Shown here in pieces: positions 50,096 to 61,528 of a stretch of 61,982 nucleotides of DNA. The position numbers and the translations under genes were made by a program. This DNA comes from Scyliorhinus canicula (Eukaryota). The notes under the pieces are model-generated. The model worked only from the letters and a program-made list of their open reading frames with translations, ran no database searches and was not told where the DNA came from. Each line of letters starts with the position of its first letter. The first letter of the stretch is position 1. The DNA is taken from assembly GCF_902713615.1 (NCBI RefSeq), contig NC_052146.1, positions 69,397,238 through 69,459,219 of the forward strand, given 5' to 3'.

Positions 50096-50647
50096 CTAAA
50101 ATCTAAAGGGAGAATGTGGGCATGGATCCTACTACCTCTAACATACTAAACGCGCGCTGTGCCATTTCACCTAATTCCCCCAAACATCAAGTGGCATAAA
50201 ATATAGATTGTTAAATCCCATACGCACTACATCTCAAGTTGCGATCCGGATCCTAATAGTGCGGGTCTAACTCTAGTTGCTAAATTAGTGGGAGCACCAA
50301 GGAATAGTGGAAGAAATATGATCCATTTAATTGAACAAGGCGCTGTAAGTCTCTATCACCTTTCTTCTGATACTGTCACTGGCAGAGGTAACAACGGGGA
50401 CGAATTACACCGAAAGCATACTGAATGTGGACTTGTTTTTAATGGAATATTAATTTTCTATTGAATAGACCAAGGGAGTATCTGGTTACAGTTTGATTAT
50501 TTAGACAGCAGGTGAATCAATATATTCCAGTTGTGATTCAGTCTCAGAATGAACTATCTTGCAGAAAAATAAGCAATCGACGCGAAATAAGCTTTGTATT
50601 TAAATGCCCAATCAATTTACTTTATGAAACATAAAGATGTCACTTAC

Positions 50648-50686
50648 CCAGAACATTCAGCCTGGTTCCGCTACCGAAGAACCTCC
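50648..50686 (-). CDS. IGLJ: Ig light-chain J segment
   Basis: gg agg ttc ttc ggt agc gga acc agg ctg aat gtt ctg g|gtaagtg = RFFGSGTRLNVL with the FGxG motif and a canonical donor (50641-50647). Confidence 0.95.
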
Positions 50687-50714
50687 CACTGTGGTATGGC
50701 GTCGTATAAAAACC
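50687..50714 (+). promoter_or_regulatory. 12-bp-spacer RSS of J
   Basis: Read from the coding end: CACTGTG, 12-nt spacer gtatggcgtcgt, ATAAAAACC. Confidence 0.93.
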
Positions 50715-50903
50715 GTCCCACCTAAGCAACTGAGCAGAGGGTGGCTTATCAAAGCAGGAATTCATTCTTGCTGGGTAAAAAACAATCTTAAAACGTTATT
50801 TTAAAAAATACAGTTCGAGAGTGTCAGAAAGGTTACATTGCTGGCTCAACCGCTGATTTCAATTACAGTCGGCTATGTGAGTTCAGGTGCAAACTCTATG
50901 AAG

Positions 50904-50942
50904 CGTTTTGGTACTGAAGGGGTCACCGGACCCGCCACTGTG
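50904..50942 (-). promoter_or_regulatory. 23-bp-spacer RSS of V
   Basis: CACAGTG (50936-50942), exactly 23 nt (50913-50935), ACCAAAACG (50904-50912). Confidence 0.93.
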
Positions 50943-51250
50943 CGGGCCGTTTTCCACAGTTGAATAGCAATAATAATCACCGGCGTCCTCCGTTTCCACG
51001 TTGGCGATGGTCAAATGGCCCACGTTGGTGTTTTCGTCTTCCAGGCCTGTAAATCTATCTGGAATACCGTCCCCTCTTTTATCGGTTCCATACAGAATAA
51101 ACCTTGGGGCACTGCCACGTTTCTGATGGTACCAATAAACATATCTCTTTGAAAGGCTGATTCCATGGACTGTACAGTTTAGGATAACGGTTTTCCCTGG
51201 TGTAGTGGACACGGAATCTGGTTGGATCAAGCTGATCTCCTCGCTGGTGT
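50943..51250 (-). CDS. IGLV: Ig light-chain V exon
   Basis: Acceptor tttgcag|. EISLIQPDSVSTTPGKTVILNC...YVYWYHQK...PRFILYGTDKRGDGIPDRFTG...LTI...EDAGDYYCYSTVENGP, with conserved Cys, Trp and YYC. Confidence 0.96.
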
Positions 51251-51304
51251 CTGCAAATGTGATGAGAGATGCCATGATTAAAAATCAACCGACCAACGAA
51301 GACG

Positions 51305-51397
51305 GATAAAATCACCTGAAGAAGGAGCCGTGCTCCGAAAGCTCGTGTTTGAAACAAACCTGTTGGACTTTAACCTGGTGTTGTAAGACTTCTTACT
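51305..51397 (+). mobile_element. Penelope-like element terminal fragment in the leader intron
   Basis: aatcacctgaagaaggagc...aaacctgttggactttaacctggtgttgtaagacttcttact, recognised as a shark repeat. The Penelope-like assignment is inferred from the hammerhead motif. Confidence 0.6.
51310..51350 (+). ncRNA. Minimal type-I hammerhead ribozyme motif
   Basis: Stem I cac/gtg; core CUGAAGA (51316-51322); stem II GGAGC-cgu-GCUCC; GAA; palindromic AGCU in place of stem III; CUC cleavage triplet. Confidence 0.7.
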
Positions 51398-51513
51398 ATA
51401 AAATTTAACACCAACACAGAACATTACATTTAGATCAAATAAAATTTGGATTAAGTTTCGCTTCATTTATTTCACAATTCTTCACGCTGAATAAATATCT
51501 CCCAGACACTTAC

Positions 51514-51562
51514 ACGCCAGACCAACTACTAACGAGAGCAGGGCAAGAACAACAGTTGCCAT
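51514..51562 (-). CDS. IGLV: IgL leader (signal peptide) exon
   Basis: ATG at 51562, MATVVLALLSLVVGLA + T|gtaagtg (49 nt, phase 1). Splices in frame to the V exon as ...GLAYTSE-EISL. Confidence 0.93.
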
Positions 51563-51619
51563 TGTGAAGGTGCTGATGGATGCAATAGATGTAATCTTTC
51601 GGATTAGCGGGTGCCGTCC

Positions 51620-51673
51620 TTTATATCAAAGGTTGGACAAATGAAATGTCCCTGCTTTATTAGATATGCAAAT
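51620..51673 (-). promoter_or_regulatory. IgL V promoter: octamer plus TATA
   Basis: ATTTGCAT on the sense strand (51666-51673, light-chain orientation) and TATAAA (51620-51625), about 58 nt upstream of the ATG. Confidence 0.88.
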
Positions 51674-51963
51674 ATATTTTCCACTCAAAGAGCCCATTGG
51701 TCAACCGAACGGTTTCCTGGTTCTGATAACCAATTGCGTCAGTTACACTGGGCGGCAAAGTGTGGTCCCGGCGACAACATTGGGGTTGGGATTTCTGGTG
51801 AATTTGAGGCGATTTTCAAACAGGTATTTCTCCCCAATCACACTGCGCTCTTGGCGGACTCCCGCTGATTCACTGTCCCCGGGGGAAGTTAATCAGTACA
51901 ATCATTGGGCAGCTCCATTTAAATACCTCACCACCACTTGTTCCAGATCCATTCCAGGCGGGG

Positions 51964-52190
51964 TGGCAACACGGGACACAGCTCCCCCTTTTACTGAGGG
52001 AGCCCTGACTAGACTTCTGGATGAGATGCAGCAGAGGCAGGATGTCGTCCACCCGCAATCCGGGAGGCGGCCCACCATCGGGGTCACCACCCTCACCTGG
52101 GAGCCAATAGCTGCCCTGGTCAGGGCCAGCACTCTCCAGAAGAGGGCGGGCGGCATTGCATGAAGAAAATGAATTGCCTTCTTCACACGG
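51964..52190 (+). pseudogene. Harbinger Myb/SANT-like DNA-binding ORF remnant
   Basis: APPFTEGALTRLLDEMQQRQDVVHP...WEPIAALV resembles the Myb/SANT-like accessory protein of Harbinger elements. Confidence 0.65.
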
Positions 52191-53949
52191 CCAGGGTAGA
52201 TCTGCCACCTCCAGTCTCTCACTGCACCCCCTCACCCACCTCTCGCACCTCCAAGACAACCTCTCACCCATTGACTTCACGGATTGGCCACATGTTACAT
52301 GGCCCCATTCCCGATCCCACCCCACCCTCACGGTACCACCCCCCCCCCCCCCCACACACACAGACATTTCAAGTTTGCTCCTCACATCCCTGGTCCCACT
52401 CGAATCCCACGTTCGCTCCATCCCAACCATCTGAACTGGCAGGTATGCTGTCTACAATCTCCCCATCTGTGTTTGCACAGGACAAACTGAAGCAGAGCCG
52501 GCGTGAGAGGGTCCAGCCACCTGGAGTCATGCGGGAGCTCGGGACTCTGACTCTGCATGGGGAGCCTGACCATGCCGGTGCTGATGGTGAACTGGGAGCA
52601 TGGTGGAAAAGTGAGAACCCTCAGGACAGTCATACCTAAAACCTCACATGAAGAAAAATCTCACACCATTAATCCCCCATGATGTGCTATTGCCAGGGCA
52701 AACAGACGACCAGCCCGGACCATCCTCGTACCCCCAGGAAGACCCAGTGCAGAGCAGTTCAGTGGGAGACCTCTCTGATCTCACCCTTCAAGAAGCTTCA
52801 CTGCTGTCACCTACACCCTTCAGGGCAGATACTCACATCCTGGTGGGATTAACTAGTAGACAGGTTTCTGGATCACTCACTGGTGCGCACCTCAAAGATA
52901 ATGATCCACTGTGGGCGGAGGCAGGAGTGTCCCAAGGATCCAGAAATTGGAGGAATGCTGGAGTCCAGGCCATTGTTGAGCCACTCGCTGTTGACTTGCC
53001 CTGGATCTGATCATCCTCTAGCTGATGGAAATGCAAAGACAAAGTTGTGAGAGTCAGGATGGAATCTAAGCCTCCTTCTTCAGACTGCAAGGCCGACTGC
53101 AGGAGTCCAATCGTCTTCTGTCGGAGGAGATGGTGCCATCGCTCAGATGTACAGAGGCTGACATTGTGAGGGTGGCATCCGCAGTGCAGACTTTGTTGCA
53201 GGTCATGCAGGGAAGCAGTGCCACACCCCTGCTGCTCGGAGGAAAGCATTGATCCTCATGGTCCAGATCCCTCAAGGGATGCTCACCAAAGTCATCTCAG
53301 AAAACGGTGTGGAAGGCAGCAGACCATCTCTACCTCAACTGTAGATCCTGAGCAGACACCTGCACCTGTAGTGTGAAGGTGAGGAAGAGTAGGAAACTGT
53401 GGAACCTTGTGGGCACAGGGGATGTCAGGTACTAGTTAATAGGGCATCACTGCAATAGCATATTTGTAATAAATGTCAGTTTGTTCATCACCAGATCTTC
53501 CACCCTATAATTTCATGGGGCCAAGATCTGCAACCCCCTTTGCACACTTGTCGCTTCACCTCTGTGCGGTGCGAGAGTGGCAGCGCTATGTCTCCTTCAC
53601 CTCCCACACTGATGACTCACTGAAGACACAGCGCTGTTGGCAAACCCTCAACCCCCAGAATCAAAGCTCAGGCCTTTCATAGTAGTCACTCTTCTCTAGT
53701 GATGAGGATGCCATGGGTTGACAAAGTGCTGAGAGGATGCCCATTGTAGAGGTTAGTTGGAGGAACATGCCAGAATTCCTGGCATCGAATGGGGTAGAAG
53801 CAGACGAGAGCATATTCCGCATCTCTGAACCCCATGTTCAGCCTTGTTCTTGGCAGGATGCATTCAACCCTATGTCATGCAGGAGTCTGACTCATCTCTG
53901 ATGATGGGAGGACCTTCACTCAGTCCTCAATGCAAGTTATCATCATTCT

Positions 53950-55000
53950 CCTGCGAAGTCCAGCCAATGGCCTTAACCATGTGATTGGGCACCACACTAA
54001 TGCTGAGATAGCAATTCCCTTGTCTCGAGATTTCCTCACCCCTAGTCCTGTTCTTCTCCAAACCTAGAGGAGATGATTGCTCCTCTAGCCTGATGGCAAA
54101 AGTGGGTGCTCGCCATGGGCCAAAGTACTTCCTCCTCTTTCTCCACACATTGCCCCTCACTGCCCTCCTTGATCTCCTCATCCGAAAAAATGTTACGCTC
54201 CTCCAAATCCAGGTGGTCTCCCCCTCTGCACTGCCAAGATGTCGAGAATGCAGCAGATGACAATATTGCAGGACACTCTGTGGGGGCTGTTATTGAGGGC
54301 ACCCTCTGACTGGTCCTGGCACTGGCGCCGCATCTTCAACTATCCAAGTGCCTGCTCCACCAGCATGGGCATTTAAGCATGAGCCTCATTGCAATGGGTC
54401 TCCTCCTCAGTTTGTGGCCTCCACACTGGCTTCATCAGCCAACTCCTTATTGGGTAATCCTTGTTTCAGAGGAGCCATCCCTCTAGATGCTGATTTCCTT
54501 CAAAGATGTCCGGAATCTGTGAGTGCTCCAAGATGTTGATATCATGGATGCACCCTGGGAATCGGGCACATACCTGCATGATTCTCATTGTGTGGTCACA
54601 AATGATTTGGACATTGAGGGAATGGTATCCCTTGTGGTTCATAAATGATGCCACATGATGCCATGGAAACTGTAGGGCCATGTGGGTGCAGTCTATCAAA
54701 CCCTGCACTCAGGGAATACCAGCTAAATGGGCAAAACCCATGGCCCCGGCATCTTGGCTCTCCTGATCTTGGTCCAAGTTACATGTGGGCCCTCATGCCA
54801 TCTCAGGGCATCTGTCACCTCTCTAATGCCTTTGTGTGCGGCTGACTGGGTGCTACCCTGAAATGAGCCACTGGCATAGAAGTTCAGACCAGCGGTGACA
54901 TTAAGGGACACTGGCAGAGGGTGTCCTCCCATCCCATGTGCTGTCAGCTCTTGCAGGACTTAGCAAAGGTGGTCCACTGTCCCTGGGACAGGTGCAGTCT
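53950..55000 (-). pseudogene. HARBI1-like DDE transposase pseudogene
   Basis: LNFYASGSFQ, GLIDCTH, KGYHSLNVQIICD, ARFPGCIHD, and GWLL*NKDYP (degraded GWLLGDKGYP). Contains stops and frameshifts. Confidence 0.88.
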
Positions 55001-55749
55001 TCTCCGGCACTGTGCTTCTGACAACTGAAGATAGGAAGACTGACGGCAGAAGCCACTTGGCCAGTATAGTCTCAGACGGGCTGTTCTCTCTGTGATGCTG
55101 CTCCCTGTGCAGCTAAGGGCCAAGGCTCCCCCTCTGTTTCCGCTGGTGCTTTGAGTAGAAACATCAACTCACCAGACTCCATGATTCTGCAGAATCATGC
55201 ACTGAAAAGAGAAGAAATCCAAAGTGAGTGGTGAGGTTTCCTGAGTAAAGCCGGCCCCTCAGCCCTCTACTCATCTGTGACCCCAACTATCCACTTCCTC
55301 TCTTTGTGAGTGCCTCTCCAAAAAGGCTTACACGCTCCCCTCTCATGCACATTTACACTCCATTCCTTCCACCAGGATAATACACATCAATCGACTTCAG
55401 GAAGCAAATTACTGTACACACCCCTGTCAGCATCAATGGGGCCGAGATGGAGATGGTTAGCAGTTTCAAATTCCTAGGGGTGCACATCACCAAAAATCTG
55501 TCCTGGTCCACTCACGTCGACGCTATCACCAAGAAAGCACAACAGCGCCTATACGTCCTCAGGAAACTAAGGAAATTCGCATGTCCACATTACCCTTACC
55601 AATTTTTACAGATGCACCATAGAAAGCATCCTATCGGGCTGCATCACAGCCTGGTATGGCAACTACTCGCCCCAGGACCGCAAGGAACTTCAGAGAGTCG
55701 TGAATACCGCCCAGTCCATCACACAAACCTGCCTCCCATCCATGGACTC

Positions 55750-56097
55750 CAGCACGGTAGCATTGTGGAAAGCACAATTGCTTCACAGCTCCAGGGTCCC
55801 AGGTTCGATTCTGGCTTGGGTTACTGTCTGTGCGGAGTCTGCACATCCTCCCCGTGTGTGCGTGGGTTTCCTCCGGGTGCTCCGGTTTCCTCCCACAGTC
55901 ACAAAGCTGTGCAGGTTAGGTGGATTGGCCATGATAAATTGCCCTTAGTGGCCAAAATTGCCCTTAGTGTTGGGTGTGGTTACTGGGTTATGGGGATAGG
56001 GTGGATGTGTTGACCTTGGGTAGGGTGCTCTTTCCAAGAGCGGTGCAGACTCGATGGGCCGAATGGCCTCCTTCTGCACTGTAAATTCTATGATAAT
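55750..56097 (+). mobile_element. SINE nested in the Rex1-type LINE
   Basis: Full core and ttctatga tail; matches the 14243-14590 subfamily. Confidence 0.9.
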
Positions 56098-56297
56098 CTA
56101 CACCTCCCGCTGCCAGGGGAAAGCGGGCAGCATAATCAAGGATCCCTCCTACCTGGCTTACTCAGTTTTCCAACTTCTTCCATCGGGCAGGAGATACAGA
56201 AGTCTGAGAACACGCAAGAACAGACTCAAAAACAGCTTCTTCCCCACTGTTACCAGACTCCTAAATGACCCTCTTATTGACTGACCTCATTAACCGT

Positions 56298-56628
56298 GAG
56301 GGCCTCACGGTAGCATGGTGGTTAGCATCAATGCTTCACAGCTCCAGGGTCCCAGGTTCGATTCCCGGCTGGGTCACTGTCTGTGTGGAGTCTGCACGTC
56401 CTCCCCGTGTGTGCGTGGGTTTCCTCCGGGTGCTCCGGTTTCCTCCCACAGTCCAAAGATGTGCGGGTTAGGTGGATTGGCCATGCTAAATTGCCCGTAG
56501 TGTAAGGTTAATGGGGGGATTGTTGGGTTACGGGTATACGGGTTACGTGGGTTTAAGTAGGGTGATCATTGCTCGGCACAACATCGAGGGCCGAAGGGCC
56601 TGTTCTGTGCTGTACTGTTCTATTCTAT
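56298..56628 (+). mobile_element. SINE nested in the Rex1-type LINE 3'UTR
   Basis: Full copy with ctgttctattctat tail; short taac duplication at the ends. Confidence 0.9.
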
Positions 56629-59084
56629 AACACTACACCCTGTATGCTTCATCCGATGCCGGTGCTTATGTAGTTACAATATATACTTTGTGTTGCCCTA
56701 CTATGTATTTTCTTGAATTTTGTTTAATTCCCTTTTCTTCCCATGTACTGAATGATCTGTTGAGCTGCTTGCAGAAAAATACTTTTCACTGTACCTCGGT
56801 ACACGTGACAATAAACAAATCCAATCCAATCCAACGAGATACTCCAGAGTCTTCCTCGCTCTTGTCTCATGGCCATTCCCCAAACAAGCCCAAGGACAAC
56901 CCTCCCACCACTTGAGCTGGGGGATAGGTCTGTTGAGTGGATGCCCGGGACCCATGTCTGCATCCTCACGGGCATCTCAAAGAAGCCCACTCTGACCGGG
57001 TGAGTGATTATGGACTTAACTATGACACCTTGTCTTGGAGGTCACTTCAGTGTATCCTGTGTGATGTAAATGTATGATTGAGCACTGGGGTTCCTTGGTG
57101 GGGATAGGAATCATTGGCATTTCTCAATAGCTTTGGCATTATTAAGTTCCCAGTGAAGGGTGAAATTGCATTCCAATCAATTGAATGCTTGCTGTCACAG
57201 ACCAAGATGCAGCTGATTAGAGTAAAGCCTGCAATGAGCATGATATTCACTCAATCGAGGAACCCCACATTTTCACATTTCACAAACCGTACATGCTTAT
57301 TTCTGAGAGACAAGCTTCCTAAACAAGTGCTTATAGGTAGTCAATAGCGCTCAACCCCTCGGTAAGCAGAGTTGTGTATGAGTGTGGGGTTGTACTCACC
57401 GTTTAGTTGTGTTTCCCCAAGTGAGAGGGTCTTCATTCCTTATGCAGCAGGGAAGCTAGCCATTCCTGAGTCATGCTCCCTTACAGCCTAGCCTCTCATG
57501 GGACCCCACCCCATGACTTCACAGTCAGCCCCCCATGGTGACCCTCAGTATTCACCTCCTGTCACCCACCTTGCAGCTTCCAGTAAGGATGGGCACTCCC
57601 TCAGTGGTGATTTGGGCAGAAACCCAGTGAGGGGGACACAGGAAGTAATGCCTGTATGCCAGCCTCCAGACCCCGTTAAAGCAAAGTGACCCCTCCACCC
57701 GAGGTTTAGGGACTGACCCGCAGCCCAAGGTTGAACTAATCTGTGTCCCCCAATGTCTCCTCGGTGCACCCTGAGCAGGGTCTGGGGATTCATGGCTGCT
57801 GAGTGCTCCCCCACCAGGTTCACCTTTATGTTGAGCTATTGGAAATGACATAATGCTGGTGCAGATCAATAGTTTGTAACTGCGTGCTTGCTAATTACAT
57901 GCTAATGTATTAAAATGAGGTTCCCAGCTGGCACCACGCGATTTGCACTACTCCACAGGTGAGCGCAGGTAAGATTCCAAAAGCCAATCATGCCAGAGGG
58001 AATCATGCTTCTTGCTTCTCTCCAGATTTTGAGCCCACACCGGTATCCTATACGGAAACTGTGTCTACTGTACGTGCGTTCCGGACTGCATTGACGCCGC
58101 TGTTGACGTAATGGAGAACAGCGATTTAGCGTCAAATTGACGCCCACCACAATTTTAGCGTTGGATCCTATTCTCCACCCTGTTGCGTTTGGTGATTTTG
58201 GTGTCAGCTAACGGAGAATCCTGCCCCACACATTGCTACCGAAAAACTGAGTTGCAAAATGTCTGTCTTTTTAGGTATTTATATTGGCAGAGATATTAAT
58301 TCTCGCACTAACAGATCTTAGTACAGAGGTATCAAGGTGAAACATTCACAATTGCATAGGTGTCATTGTGCAATCAACACAGAATCTCCACTGATGGAAT
58401 AGAAAGGTGTGATGTTTTGTGTGGGACAGTACACATTCCTTATAGCAAACGTTATCAATGCAATTCGAAAAGCTACCTCTGTTTCTGTCTCTATCAGGCC
58501 TGCTGAGTTTTTTCCCCGAATTTTCAGTTTTATTTCTTCTTTTATGCATTCATATTAATATTGATTAAAGCTGCGAGTTTGGGTATTTGAAATGTTTAGC
58601 AGCGTCATTATTTCAATGCCACCGACATCTGCGAATGTTTCATTTTTAGCTTGCAAATCTGCTGCAAATGTATTCATTCTTAGGATGGGGATTCCCCAGG
58701 CAGCATCTGTTCAGAGATAAGCGATACAGTCTGCTTCTGGTAAAGTAGCACACCAAGAGAATAAGCAAATGTCGATGCTATATTTGACAATTAAACAGTC
58801 TATATCTATATATGCAAATATATATACACACTCACAATTATTTTAAAGTTGATACAGTAATGTCAGATATTACATCTGCATAATCCACACTCTTAAACGT
58901 AAGAAAATATTTTTCGGACAACTCGAAGATTAATAAACATTACTTCTTGCAACTTTCATCAGATAATAAAATGACATGCAGTCATGACATGTTTCACTGT
59001 TTATATTTGTAGTTAATAATGCTTTGCTTTACATGTATGTTCTATTGCAGTACAATTTCCCTCAAGATACTGTGACATTGGATT

Positions 59085-60625
59085 TTGATTTGATTTATTG
59101 TCACATATACGGAGGTACAGTGAAATGTATCGTTCTGCCTACAGTCCAAACATAGGACATACGATAAATACACAATGTAAACACATAGACACAGGCATCG
59201 GATGAAGCATACAGAGTGTAGTACAGTACTACTCAGTAGAGAAGATGTGCGCAGAGATCAGTTCAGTCCACAAGAGGGCCTTCAGATGTCTGGTAACAGG
59301 GGAAAGAAGCTGTTTTTGAGCTTGTTAGTGCGTGTTCTCAGATTTTGGTATCTCCTGCCTGATGGAAGAGTTTGGAAAAGAGAATAACCTGGCTGGAAGG
59401 GGTCTTTGATTATGCTGCCTGCTTTCCCAAGGCAGCGGGAGATGTAGACAATGGATGGGAGGCAGTTTTGTGTGATGCACTGAGGTGCGTTCACGACTCT
59501 GTAGTTTCTTATGGTCTTGGGCTGAGCAGTTGCCATACAAAGCTGTGATGCAGCCAGAAAGGATGCTTTCTATGGTGCATCTGTAAAAGTTGGTAAGAGT
59601 CAATGTGGACATGCCAAATTTCTTTAGTTTCCTGAGGAAATATAGATGCCGTTGTGCTTTCTTGGTTGCAGCATCAACGTGGGTGGACCAGGACAGATTA
59701 TTTTGATGTGCACCCCTAGGAATTTAAAGCTGTCAACCATCTCCACCTCGGCACATTGATGCAGACAGGGGTGTGTACGATATTTTGCTTCCTGAAGCCA
59801 AGTTTTTCTGTTGTTGAAGGAGAAATTGTTGTCATTACACCACACCACTAGGTTCTCTATCTCCCTCCTGTACTCTGACTCATCGTTGTTCAAGATTCAA
59901 CCCACTATGGTCGTGTCATCAGCAAACTTGTAGATAAAGTTGGAGCCCAATTTTGCCACACAGCCATGTGTGTATTGGGAGTAGAGGGCTAAATATGCAG
60001 CTTTGCACGGCCCCGGCATTGAGGACTATTATCAAGGAGGTGGTGTTGTTTATCATCACTGATTGTGGTCTATGGGTCAGAAATTCAAGGATCCAGTTGC
60101 AGAGTGAGGAGATAAGTCCTAGGTTTAGAGTTTTGATATGAGCTTGGCTGGGATTATGGTGTTGAGGGCAGAGCTGTAGTCAATGATTAGAGGTCTGACA
60201 TATGAGTCCTTGTTGTTGAGATGCTTCAGGGCTGAGCGCCAGGAAGACGGTGTCTGCTGTAGACCAGTTGTGACAGTATGTGAATTGCAGTGGATCAAGG
60301 TATTCTGGGAGTATGGAGTTGATGTGTCTCATGACCAACATCTTGAAGCATTTCATAATGATAGATATTAAGGCCACTGGACGATAGTCATTGAGGCAAG
60401 TTGCCTGGTCTTCTTTGGCATCTGTATGATAGTGCAGTTGGAAGCCTCGAAACAGAGTAGGGAGAGGTTGAATATGTCCACAAACACACCTGCCAGTTGC
60501 TCCATGCAGGAACTGAGTGCACAACCAGGGACTCCATCAGGACTTGTTGCTTTCCAAGGGTTCACTTTCAAGAAGGCCGATTTGATTTCGGAAGCTGTGA
60601 CAGTAGGTATCGGTGAGTCCTAGGC
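59085..60625 (-). mobile_element. Rex1/Babar-type LINE, frameshifted RT and 3' end
   Basis: [42 protein letters not shown]; tail gtgacaataaatcaaatcaaaatcca. Confidence 0.88.
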
Positions 60626-60933
60626 TGCTGGGGCAGTTGACAATGGTTAGTTGGTTTCAAAACGAGGAAAGAATGTAATGGGATGTTGACCACTGTCTTG
60701 GTCTCATGCATATCCTTTATCATGTTGTGTTACAAAGTATTGTAAGATAATTTTGCTAATTTCTACTTTAAGGAGAAGAACCTCAGCTTCTCAAATCTAT
60801 CTACATAACTGAAGTCGCTCACTCCTGGAACCATTGCCAAAAATATTATCTGCACCAGATCCGAATGGTTTCCTATCCTTCATGAATTGCGTGCTCAGAA
60901 TTGGCCATAATATTGCAGTTAAGATGTAACTAC

Positions 60934-61236
60934 GGGCGGCACAGTAGCACAATGGTTAGCACTGTTGCTTCACAGCGCCAGGGTCCCAGGTTCGATTCCC
61001 GGCTTGGGTCACGTCTGTGCAGGGTCTGCACGTTCTTCCCATGTCTGCATGGGTTTCGTCTGGGTGCTCCGGTTTCCTCCCACAAGTCCCGAAAGTCATG
61101 TTTGCTAGGTGAATTGGACATTCTGAATTCTCCCTCTGTGTACCTGAACAGAGTGTGGCAACTAGGGGATTTTTACAGTAACTTCATTGCAGTGTTAATG
61201 TAAGCCTACTTGTGACACTAATAAAGATTATTATTA
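60934..61236 (+). mobile_element. SINE with (taataaagattatta) tail
   Basis: gggcggcacagtagcacaatggttagc head and an alternative 3' module. Confidence 0.88.
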
Positions 61237-61528
61237 CAAATGTTTTATAAAATTGCACCATAGGTTCCTTGGTGCTTTACTTTATGCCTTTGTTTACAAG
61301 GCCCATGGTCCCCTGTGCTTTTTGACCTGCACTCTCAACCTGTCCTGCCATCCAACAATATGGGGAGGTGGTGGCATAGTGGTATTTTCACTGGAGTATT
61401 AAACTAGAGGCCCACGGTAATGCTCTGGAGACCGAGATTCAAATTCCGCCACTGCATATGGTGAAATTTGAATTCAATAAAAATCTGCAATTAAAAGTCT
61501 AATGATGACCATCAACTATTGTCGATTG

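Larger units (their letters stand above)
46483..51673 (-). other. IGL: Complete non-joined immunoglobulin light-chain cluster (L-V-23RSS // 12RSS-J-C)
   Basis: All parts are in one orientation with compatible phase-1 splice junctions. No stops or frameshifts in L, V, J or C. Confidence 0.95.
55380..56832 (+). mobile_element. Rex1/Babar-type LINE 3' fragment nested in Harbinger
   Basis: EMVSSFKFLGVHITKNLSWSTHVDAITKKAQQRLY...; ends gtgacaataaacaaatccaatccaatccaa. Confidence 0.85.
51750..58226. mobile_element. Decayed autonomous PIF/Harbinger transposon with nested LINE and SINEs
   Basis: Convergent Myb/SANT-like and HARBI1-like ORF remnants. Right TIR ggagaatcctgccc (58213-58226). The left end is degenerate and approximate. 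Confidence 0.75.

Noticed and set aside
50883-51275. Six-frame ORF as a single-exon or germline-joined V gene
   Set aside because: The N-terminus is intron and the C-terminal HSGGSGDPFSTKT is read-through of the RSS. True limits are 50943-51250.
51750-58226. RAG/Transib-like transposon or domesticated HARBI1 gene next to the Ig locus
   Set aside because: Motifs are Harbinger, not Transib. The ORF has stops and frameshifts and has lost the second catalytic Asp.
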